Shown: positions 14,172 to 24,700 of the stretch, piece by piece
Position numbering within the stretch: position 1 is the first letter of the stretch
Layout of the letters: the number at the start of each line of letters is the position of its first letter
NCBI GenBank assembly: GCA_045837725.1
Contig: JBEWZL010000306.1
Location: forward strand, 124,001 to 188,000
Direction: 5' to 3'
Source of the DNA: Vermamoeba vermiformis
Lineage: Eukaryota
DNA: 64,000 nt
Position numbers and translations under genes: made by a program
The notes under the pieces: model-generated
Told to the model about the DNA's origin: nothing
The model's database searches: none
The model's input: only the letters and a program-made list of their open reading frames with translations

Positions 14172-16321
14172 ATGGCAGAAAGTACAGAAGTTAATATTAC
14201 ACCAGTTCAAATACCACCCCAAGAGGATAATAAGTCTGAGATCAAGGTGGATTCGACGGATTGCGTCAAAGAAAATGATTCGGTTATCTTGCTAGAAAAT
14301 GGCCAAAAATACGCCGTCGTGCGCATATCGAAAAAAGCGTAAGTTATTAAGAAATCATCGTGTTCTGAACGAGGCATATTTAATTATGAATTTTTTATTG
14401 ATTTTTTCTCTAGTCAAACGAGGATCGGCAAACAACGCTGTAACCTCGAGCCCTTAATTGGTGCTCCATATGGAACATATTTTGAAGCACGAGCTGGCAA
14501 GCTTTACAAGTTGGATAAAAAACCAGAACTGTCGCTTTCGTTAGCCATTCCAGGTACGCTCTTACTATCATTTTCTATTTGCCCTACAAATTATGTTAAC
14601 GATCATATGAAGACACTATGGCTGAAGACGGTCAAACGAAGAAGAACAATAAAGAACTTGTTGACGATAACAAAGCACAAGGATTATCAGCCGAACAAAT
14701 CACAGAAATGAAGAAGCAAGGTGTCGGCGGCGAATCGATCATTCAAGCGTTAATTCAAAACTCGAGCTCATTCCAAAACAAGACTGAGTTCTCACAACAG
14801 AAATATATCAAGAAGAAGCAAGAGAAGTACGTACCACTTCGTGCCTGACATAAATTACTCACGCGTTGATCGTGCACAGATATCTTCATTACATCGAAGT
14901 CTTGCCGCCAACAACACAGACACTCACTAAAGTTTACTTCACGAAAGCACCCTCTAAGATATGGTAAGCCTCGTAAAAGTGTTAATCGCGATGCTCGTGC
15001 ACGGTATTCGAAAGTAGCACGAAGGAGAGAAAGGGAAAAGAAGACAAACAAAGACACTGCATGCGACCGATCTGGCCAGGATGTTGAGTTTGCTTGACGA
15101 CGGATCAACGATCGCATCGGTGCCCGAGTTGGTCTAAGGGGTTGGATTAAGGCTCCAATATCTTCGGATGCAAGGGTTCGAATCCCTTCCGATGCAATAC
15201 CTTTTTTATTTTTTGACCTTGCCAAGTCTCTTCTCTTTCTCTCGTACTCCCTTTACCTCGTGCTACGATTGACTAATCCCGTTTTTAGTTTCTTGCGCTT
15301 AGATTCCGTGAGTTACCTGCTTTCCATGGCTGAAATCCGATCCAAAAACCAGATTCTCGTTGTAGAGGATGCTATGGGTCTTATTGTTGGCTCAGCGGCT
15401 CAACGATTGAACGGTAAGTCGATCTATATTTCCGCATTGCAATCGCTAAAAGCGGAGAGCTCAGGTCAAGGACGGATCATCAACTGTTTCCTCGGCCAAT
15501 CGCCAAATACTCCTATTGCCAGTATGTTCAATTTGAGCAAAGAACATGCGAGCGTCATCGAGCACATTTCTTTCAAACGCGTACACGAGCTCGCTTTTGG
15601 AGATCAAGCGGCACCCGTCGAGATCAAGGAAGAAGAGCCCGAGGTTAAGATCGAGGACATGCAAGTGGAAAAGAACCCAGAAGAAGAAGAGAATATCGAT
15701 ATTGAAGAGCCACATGAAGTGCAAGGTAAGTTTTATGTGGGAAACGTTTCCCTTTTATGGTAAGATCTTAACCCACGTTTGACAGAAGGTCAAGAAAAGA
15801 ACAACACCGCAACCCGAGAAAGCAAACAAAAGGAGACTGAAGAACATTTGTTCGAAGGAGCTGATTCCCTGATTATTGCTACAACGCGCGTTGACGTAAA
15901 ATCATTGCTTCAAGCCACGTACCCTTTCTTAGTACCAGGCCAACCGTTCAGCATATATTCACCTTATATTGAAGTAAGCTATCATTGCCTCTTATAATCA
16001 ATGCTAATCGATATTATCTAGCCTCTTGCCGTCTGTCACCAATGGCTGAAAGAGTCCGATACCGCGTTGAACGTAACTTTAGGCGAAACATTTTACCGAG
16101 AATACCAGGTACGTCATATAATCTTACTACATGAATTATGCGTTCAAGGACTGGAATAATTAAGTATACAGGTATTGCCGCAACGCACGCATCCTTTAAT
16201 GCGAATTCCCGCGACTGGAGGTTATGTTCTTACGGGCACGAAGATAATTAATAATCCGCCACCAGCTGCGAATACAAACGAAGCCGCATCGGAGCCGAAG
16301 CAAAAGAAACAAAAAGTCTGA
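14172..16321 (+). CDS. TRM6: tRNA m1A58 methyltransferase non-catalytic subunit (Gcd10/TRMT6), multi-exon; intron 14964-15288 hosts a tRNA cassette
   Basis: LIGAPYGTYFE, NNKELVDDNKAQGLSAEQITEMK, IIQALIQNSSSFQNKTEFSQQKYIKKK, KIC|FLRLDS, REYQ|VLPQRTHPLM. Confidence 0.92.
15014..15266 (+). repeat. Intronic tRNA cassette copy 2, with complementary terminal arms
   Basis: GTAGCACGAAGGAGAGAAAGGGAAAAG ... CTTCTCTTTCTCTC..CCTCGTGCTAC. Confidence 0.85.
15114..15196 (+). tRNA. tRNA-Leu(AAG), intronic in TRM6
   Basis: Identical by eye to the 13416-13498 copy; anticodon AAG at 15149-15151; T6 terminator follows. Confidence 0.95.
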
Positions 16322-16562
16322 ACGTAACAATAAAGTCCACATTTTTTTTAATCGAATTGAATTCCATTGACGCTATTTTTGTTTCATTTCAAACCAAAAC
16401 TTTATTTGGTTCGATTTTTATTAAAATACACAGAGGGAAACAAGTTACATTAATAATAACTTTTGTTTTCGTATTTACAAGGGGGATAATGACAAATAAT
16501 AACACAAAAAAAAATACACCGGTTAGTTTTTGTTTTTCGCTATCTACAATCGTTGTGTTGGG

Positions 16563-18123
16563 TTATCTTGCGAGGGATTTAAATCTTCTTGCTTCTTCCG
16601 TAGCATAGTCGCCATGTGCTAAACAAAAGTATAAATATCAGTACCATCGTTCACTTAACATATGACGGCTAGTTAAAGTATACAGCCGTCATGTCAATAA
16701 TGCCTGCAACGATTAAATATTGCAAGCGAATTACATTTCAATTGAATCGGACGTAAATCGTAATGATTTTCGAGTATAATATCGTCCTTATAAAGTAATT
16801 ACGAGTACTAATAAGAAACTTACAGTCGCCCAATCACTAAAATTCGGGAATCGATCCCGCTTTGTTTCTTGCGGCTTATCAGGACCAAGTTGAGCCGTAT
16901 TATTGATAAATGTCTCTGGTGCAAATCTTATCGTCGTCGTATGATTTGTATCAATATCTAAATGATTCGCTTCCTCTTTCTAAAATTAGATCGGTTAGTA
17001 TCTTACGTACGGGACAGAAGCAGAAATAACGCCTATTTACGCGTAATAATGGAGCATGTAACGATGATATCATCGCGCAAAGCTATTTCTCGTATTTAAC
17101 GCGATAAATCATCGAGCTGAATTTCAGATTGAAGAAAGTGACCAAAAAATTTTTATAAATTTACACGAGCCGGCATTATATCATATATGCGTTGTAGGTC
17201 ACGATTATTCGTTAATTTTATAAAGATTTCAAAAAACGGATTTTTTTTTGGCTTACCGGTTCAAGATCGGGCGGTGTCGTGGAACTCGATATTGAAGCTG
17301 AATGATTGTTCGGGGTAGCTGGCTGCGATAGTGACCGTACTGATTTGATATACCTGAACGGTGATACAAAATCTTTGTTGTCGGCAAACTCCCGTTCCTT
17401 CTGTAGAAAGAAGTCGAACAAATCCACTTCGTCCAAGTCTTGATTCCGCAATGCCAAGGAGGTGAAATGCTTCCTGCTCGATGGAGGGGTCGCTGAAGAT
17501 TCTAAACCATCGTCATCCGTCTTTTTGATCGCCGAAAGCTTTAATGAGACAATCTCGGTCCGTTTACGTGCGCTTGAAACTTCAGGAATGGCTACTGGTG
17601 ATGTCATTGATGCTGTATTAATGGGTGGGATCATATTGGGCTTGACGGGACTCGAGCTGAGGGACGTTTTTGTTTGTGCTGCAACTTTCTGCGGCGTTGA
17701 GCTCGATCGTCGCCTGGATGCCGCATCGACCTTGGTGACAGCTGCAGGGACAGCAGTGCCACAATTAGGTACGTGTGCGCCGTTTACGGGGGACCCGCCT
17801 GCGGTATTGGCTGGGACCGCCGCTAAATTGCCATTATTATTCAGACCATTGATTATTTCTTCATTGCTGCCGGGTCCTATGCTGACTCTTAATTTTCTAT
17901 CTGTGTCTTTTTTACGTGGTGAATTTGATGATACGTTGGCACGAGCGCTGCGTGGGCTCGTGGATGGATTATTTTTCCTACTATCAGAGCCGTTTGTTTT
18001 GGCTAAATTCAACGGTGTAATTTGGACTACACTAATTCTCTTTTTCGTGCTGCGGGGCGATTTTGTTGATTCTGAACCATCGAGGGAGGTTTCCAAATCG
18101 TTATCTCTCGATGTTGAGCTCAT
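16563..18123 (-). CDS. Hypothetical Ser/Pro/Thr-rich disordered protein, multi-exon
   Basis: 301-aa ORF rich in SPR/SP motifs, plus downstream exons at ~16823-16980 and ~16563-16618. Confidence 0.55.
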
Positions 18124-18389
18124 ATCTGGCCAAAACTGTTTAATTGCGCTGTATTAGTGCTCCTCCATTCTATTTAACCGATGTTCTATTGACCAAAGAT
18201 CGAAATATGTTCGTTATCCAAACAAAATCAACAACCTAACTGCGGAGATTCAATCTTTTTTGTATGGCGAATAAAATTGATAAAAATTTCACGTGCTGCG
18301 CTGTCTCACGCTTGCTTGTTTAGAGCTCTTTTTCCAATTTATTGTTTGCGTACTACCTCACTTGTATTATTTATTTATTTCCCTAGCTA

Positions 18390-19230
18390 ATGGCTGAAAC
18401 TCCTGCCTCATTATTATTAAAAAAGCAGCTCCGAGGTAAATTACCCGCATAATTACGGAAATATCAGAAAAACGCAATTCTCGCATATTCATTATTAATA
18501 TGGTACCTGCCTTGCAAATTTCTAATCACGCAAATTGACAGATTTGAGCAAGAACCCAGTCGAAGGTATTTCTGCTGGACTTGTTGACGAGTCGAATGTA
18601 TTTGAGTGGCAAGTCTGCATTGTCGGCCCTACTGATACATTATAGTAAGTAAAGCAAATTTATGCTGATATTTTGAATTTTTTTTTCTTTATTACAAGAT
18701 TGACTGAAAAATATTTCCATAGTGAGGGAGGAGTCTTCAACGCAATTCTCAAGTTTCCCGAAGAATATCCTAACATGCCTCCGAAGATGAGATTCACTAC
18801 GAAGCTCTATCATCCAAACAGTAAGTGGCACGAGACGGATGCGATCGGATTCATTTTTTAATTTTTTCTCTTTAGTCTATCAAACTGGTGAGGTCTGTAT
18901 TTCTATATTACACCCTCCTGGTGAGGACAAGTGGGGTTATGAGCGTCCGGAGGAGAGATGGCTTCCTGTACACAGTCCCGAGACTATTTTACTGAGTGTC
19001 ATTTCTATGCTGTCGGATCCAAACGACCAATCACCTGCCAACCTTGAAGCTGCTGTAAGTAACGTATAGATATATTTTTTAAATTTAATGCAATCGAATA
19101 CACTTTAATTTTCGATTGCTTTTTGCTGATGCGATTTTCTTTGATATTACAGAAAGATTGGCGAGAGAACCAAGCACTGTTTAAGAAGAAGGTTCGACAG
19201 TGCGTCCTTCGCTCTCAAGAAGAAATGTAA
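18390..19230 (+). CDS. UBE2G1: Ubiquitin-conjugating enzyme E2 G (Ubc7-type), 5 exons
   Basis: [18 protein letters not shown]|..[29 protein letters not shown], including the Ubc7/Cdc34 acidic insertion. Confidence 0.95.
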
Positions 19231-19461
19231 ATTAAGGTACCTCTTCAGTACACGTTCCGTAAAAACTCTTTGTAAATAGTCTCGATCCGATGGTTTGGTT
19301 GTCGAACACTTTAAAAGTTAACAGAGCGTTGATTCAGCCAATATTAGGTCAAATAAATAATAACGTTCATCGTTATCGTCGATAGACAGTTTTAGGGTCG
19401 ATCTGCCTCTCGAGAGGGCAAGTCGCGCGCATCCAGTACAAATGAGTGACAGAACCACACC

Positions 19462-19666
19462 ATGAATGCATACAACGCAAATCCGTTCAATGGCCCGCAA
19501 GCCCCTCAGCCGCAACAAGCGCAACTTAAGCCTCAAATGCCACCCGGCAATCCACCCAAGCCAACTTCATTCTCATTTGGCAGTACAACTCCCCCGCCTA
19601 CTGCACCCACTTCCGGCTTAACGGGCAGTAGCTCTTCTGCTGGCTTTGGATTTGGTACTTCAACAT
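19462..19666 (+). pseudogene. Orphan FG-repeat nucleoporin-like N-terminal fragment
   Basis: PKPTSFSFGSTTPPPTAPTSGLTGSSSSAGFGFGTST; no continuation found before the convergent gene. Confidence 0.35.
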
Positions 19667-19701
19667 GTATTTTCATGCTTTATTCGCTAAACAATTATCT
19701 C

Positions 19702-21249
19702 TTACAATGCAGTTACAATAAGAGCAGTAATGATAGCTGTCACAGAAAGGATTGTGCGTGACGATCCCGAGACATTGTTGCCAGTCTTTGCGACAGGCAC
19801 AGCAACTGATTTTGGAACGCTGGTTGGTTCTGTGATTGACCCCTGTGGTGCGTCAGAAGGTGTGTTCATTAACGGACAAGTGACCGTGGCATTGCAAGAG
19901 GCCAGCTTTACGCCAAATCTCGAAAAGTCGAATGAAATCTCCAAGCTTTGTCCGCTGAATGACGCTTGAGAGACGACTGGTTGAATTCCGCAGCCAGGGT
20001 TGTGGATCGTGTAAAGCTCTTCCATTACAAAACTTCGCAAATCCGCGCACGACGTGAGTTGTTGATTAACGCAAGTGACGTCAATGGGATCACCGTAGCA
20101 GAAAGGCACTGGAGTAAAGCCGCACATGGCCTCGGATGTGCCAGGACCAGAAAAAATGCAATTCCAAACGAGAATCTCTTGATCAGTTTTGACTAAGTCA
20201 GCACCCCATATTCGGTCTCTGACTTCTTGTTGAATTAGCGCTGCAATTCTCCATTGTTTATCAGCACCTCGTTCAAGTGAAACAACACTTCCAACTCCGC
20301 GCAAATCTGGGGCATTAGCGGTGTTGTCGAAAATGGCGGCCAGCAACACTTTTGTCTCGGAGACCATCACCATATTAATGCCGAGTGCTCCACTAGGTTG
20401 GATAAAACCTTTGCCAGAAGTCTCTAGTGTAACGTTCCAAGTGTTCTCGTTCTTGACGTAGACTCGGATCATGGTGTCATAACCTTCGACTTGCGCGAAA
20501 AACGAATAGCCCATAACAATTGAATCGTTGATCCATAAAAGTCTGATTGGTTGTAACAGATCGCCATCGTTCAGTATTTGAACTCTTTCAAGCTCCGTCC
20601 AAGTGTAGTTATCGTTGCGCTGCATCAGTACAATGAAGTTGACGCTAAGATAAGCCAAATAAGGGCCCGTTACGTGCATTGGAATACCAAGGGGAATAAC
20701 ATTTGTAGCGCTAACTGTTGTCTCGTCAACAACGTCCCAGGTGCCACCGTTGTTGACACGTGTCACAAGGGAAGTGGTGTTCATGGCAACAAAAGTGTTG
20801 TCGGGTAAGAATTGAATCCTATAATAGACTTCAGGATACTTTATCATCGTCCCAATGCTGGATGTAGCCTCGTTGAACGTGAAGAGTTGAAGTTCGGAAT
20901 TTGTGGCACACGCAAACCAAACACCATTTGTAGCGACGAAGCTACAAGCTTGTGAAGTGAACCAACGAGTGTAGAATAGTCCAGAAGATTCACTGCGTTT
21001 CAAGATCCGGAGTTGAACTGAAGTCGACAAGATCGTATAATTGCCAGCCGAAGAAGCTGGTAGATAACCGGCTTGGGGAAAGTTTATGGCTTGAGTTGGA
21101 CCTCCAGGAATTTTGAATATCTTAAATCAAATATTTAATTATTTTGAATTCGCAACACGAGCATTTCTTACCGGCAGATCTGCTGCACAGGCACTAATGA
21201 GGCAACCCAATAATAAGAAAAGTATTGACTTCGTAATAATTCTATTCAT
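19702..21249 (-). CDS. Secreted, probably GPI-anchored, beta-rich (propeller-like) surface protein
   Basis: Signal peptide MNRIITKSILFLLLGCLISACAA; one short intron ~21122-21170; repeated W-containing beta strands; Cys-rich domain, P/T/S stalk and hydrophobic C-terminus. Confidence 0.7.
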
Positions 21250-21723
21250 CACTGGTGCTGTTGTGGTCTTCGCATTACTTCTGATATCGATAAAAATCTT
21301 TTCCTTGCTATAAATAGTCATAAAGTTGTAAAGTGATTCGCAACGAACACAAAGATATCGTTGACTTTGCGGCACTTGTTCTAGATTTGAATACAATTTT
21401 AGAAGGCAAAGGCCCTGTTAGTTATATCCACTGTCCGTCGGTTTACTGATCCGCCCTTGCGAAGTACTCAAAACATCAGTGGAGTAGACTTTGTCGGCGA
21501 TCTCAAATAGTAAATGTATTAATCAATATTACTCGCTAGAGAGGCAATCCTAACGTATTAAGTCTATTCTTGCTCCGATCCGTTCGACGACAGCGCAGTA
21601 GATCTCCGCTTTAAGCGTGACAATAGTGGATTGCATTGACTACGCTCAAGAGAGGCAGAGTTAACCCTCAATCCATTGCATTAACAGAGCTAATGAGTAT
21701 TTATAATTATTTACAATGATGTA

Positions 21724-24700
21724 TTATTTCGCTACTCGGAGACCAAAATTTTGTTTCTTTGCGGGTGGTTTGTGGATCTCGATATTTGCACTCGGATCCA
21801 TTTGATCTAACGACCGTTTTCGAGAATTAACAGCCAAGTTCTGTGGCGGGACGGCTTGGGGCTGTGGTACGGGTACTGCTATTGGCGTGGCTTGAACACC
21901 CAATGACGTTCTCAATGGGATGTTTTGTTGCGGCACGTTGATTGGTGCTTGTGTGGGCACTTGAATGGCAGGCTGCACGGCCATGTAACTGCGCGAGGCA
22001 TTCGTGACATTAGCTGGGACACCTGTCACTGGCTGCACGACGCGTGTCGTTTGATTGGGAACTGACGGCGCGTACGCAACTGTCGGCATGTGTGGCTTGG
22101 CAACGGCAACAGGGACAGGTTGTTGCTGGTGCATTTGATTGATGACAGGTCTGCTGTTGTTATTGATTTGTTGTTGGGGCTGAGCTTGAGCTTGTTGTTG
22201 TTGCTGCGGGTGAGACTGCTGCTGTTGTTGTGCTTGATTTGATTGACTTTGAGGTGGTTGCTTTTGTGGCGTGGCTGTAGCCTCAGTAGTAGGTCTGAAC
22301 AAAGACTCGGCGTAAGTCAACGCACGTTTCTCGATTCGTTTGCAATTGAACTGTTTGAGTATATGATTCTCTTCGTAGTCTTCAAGAATCGTCCATGCAT
22401 CAACGTTGTTCGGTAGTGTCGAAGAGGTGCTTGTTGGCTTCGCAACCACAGCTCCGGTGCTCGGAGCAGCCGTAGTGCCAGGGGCTGAAGTTGGCACTGT
22501 GGTCGGGGCAGCAGTGGACGCGGCCTCTGTTTGTCCTGTCAACAAGAACGGCATGATCTGTTCCATTCGTTGTTGCAAGGTCGGTGGTAACTTGGCCGTT
22601 CTCAACAACTCTTGCAGCTTCTTCTTCAAAGGCGAGTTCAAGTTGTCCATTCTCAAGCCTCTCAAAGCTCTTCGGTTCGATGAGGCCATGTTCGCTGCAG
22701 ATCCGCTGTCTTTCTCGCTCAAGAGACAGAAGAGCGTGAACAAGATCAAGTACCACAACTCAATGCCGTCAACTGCATTGACCTGGAGTGCCGGCACGAG
22801 CAGTAGGTTCGTTAATGTCGTAGCCAGCTCTTCTTGGTAGTTGTAGGGAATCTGAACACCCTTCACAATCATCGCGCCAACAAATCTCAATCGTAACACA
22901 ATCTGTAGCCGCTGTCGCTTCAGTTTGATCGTGTCTTCTTCAGGCGACTACAAGACATTGTTATTAAGAGTCCTATATAAATATCAAAAAATGAGACTTA
23001 CGCTTAATCTCTCGCCAATCTGCTTCAATTGGACTTGCACAGATTTGATGAACGACACGCGAAGTTCATTAGGCACCTCAGTCAAGGACGACAACACAAC
23101 TTGCAAGATCTCCGTGAACAAGTTATAGCTGTCCGTGGCTTGTGAGTACTGCGGGTCAATAGACTTGTCAACCTCGTACCTAAAATGAAATCACGAGTTA
23201 ATAGGAGTATCACTATATGGTGCAAAAGTAACGCAAACTTACGAGAACAAACGGATCGTTTCGGTCAAAGTACTTGTGCCGTTCAAAAGGTCCGTGCTTT
23301 CAAACAACTTTTGCGTGTAGTTGACAATCTCTTTGTGCACTTCAATGCCTAGTATAGCGACGAGACGTTGCAGGATACTTCCGAAGCTGACATCGTAAGC
23401 GAGTCCGTTGGTCAGTTGGTTGAAGATGAGCTTCACGAGCACGGGCTCAGAGTTGAAAGTGTCGCCGTCCCAATTGATCACTTGTCGCTTATTTGATTTC
23501 AAGAGCCACCATAACTCGTCCATGAGCAGTCTAATCTCGAGCCATGCGCGGTTAAGTGACCACGTGTTCGTGTTGCTGAGAACTCTTTGCATCATTTTGA
23601 CGACCTCCGACAAGTCAATCTTTTCCATCACGTGCAGCTTCAAGAACGAAGTCTCGTTTGGCGATAAGATGTGGAAAACAATGCGACAGCCAGTGGGATC
23701 ACGAAGGGTCTTCAACTTCTCGTATAAGTTCGTTGTGTCTTCCAAACAGATCTGCGCAACGAAGGTGTTGTCCAAGGCAAAATTTTCCATTTCTTTCTTG
23801 ACAGCATCGATCACGGTGTCTTTTTCAGCTGAGGTAAGCACGCTCAATGCAGTGTTGTGCACGGGGTGAGTGCTCGAGTACTCCTCATTGAAGATTACTT
23901 CGCTCTTGTACACGTACAGCAACAATCCAAAGGCCAGTTCTAACGATAAGGACGATGCAGACAGTCTCAAAGAACTCAATTCCTAGACGAAGGAGTCATT
24001 AAATATGCTACGATATAACGGGCAAAAGCGACTTACGTGTGCTGAAAACACGCCCAGCTGTGCAAAGGCAGGTTCGTCTAACAGCAACAGTTTGACAATA
24101 TTGACTTGGACAGGTGTCAATTGTGTCGCCCTGGGTGACTGTTCGATTTCTTGAAGGACTGGCAACGCAATGTTCGTGTAGAATTGTTCGAGACCAACGA
24201 AATTGATGAGCACGAGACCGAACCAAAAGCTGACCATGGCGCGGTAAGTCTCGCTCCATTGCTCAGTTTTCAAGAACGAAATCGATTGGTCCTTCAAGCA
24301 CGTGTAAGCATTGGTGTCGCTATCGCCGAAGAGTCCTTGTGCTCGTAACTCCAATACCAATCTTTGGTAGATTGACAACTGTTTTTGTGCCAGTGATTTG
24401 CTGCAATTAAATTAGTAAGGGTTTTCGTATTATATTAGGATAGATATTGTATGTTACCTTGTGAGGGCAGGCCAATCTTTCGTGTATTGAGTAAAAGCTG
24501 CAACGACAACTTTGTAGCTGTTATCAGATCCAGCCAAAGATGACTTAAATTCGGCTAAGACTTCATCAAAGACCTTATTCATCGTTGCACTATCCTCGTT
24601 GCCTTCAACTAATAGTGATAACTTCGCAACCTGATCCACAACTGAGCTGTCGGGTTGGATCTGGATCTGCGAGTCCGAGGCATTTTGCTTCGATACCTAG

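Noticed and set aside
13275-15225. ORFs 13275-13613, 13495-13701 and 14755-15225 with mutually similar translations
   Set aside because: Spurious translations of the duplicated tRNA cassette.
301-22840. Long antisense ORFs (e.g. 301-829, 17462-18157, 22406-22840)
   Set aside because: Shadow frames of genuine low-complexity exons on the opposite strand.
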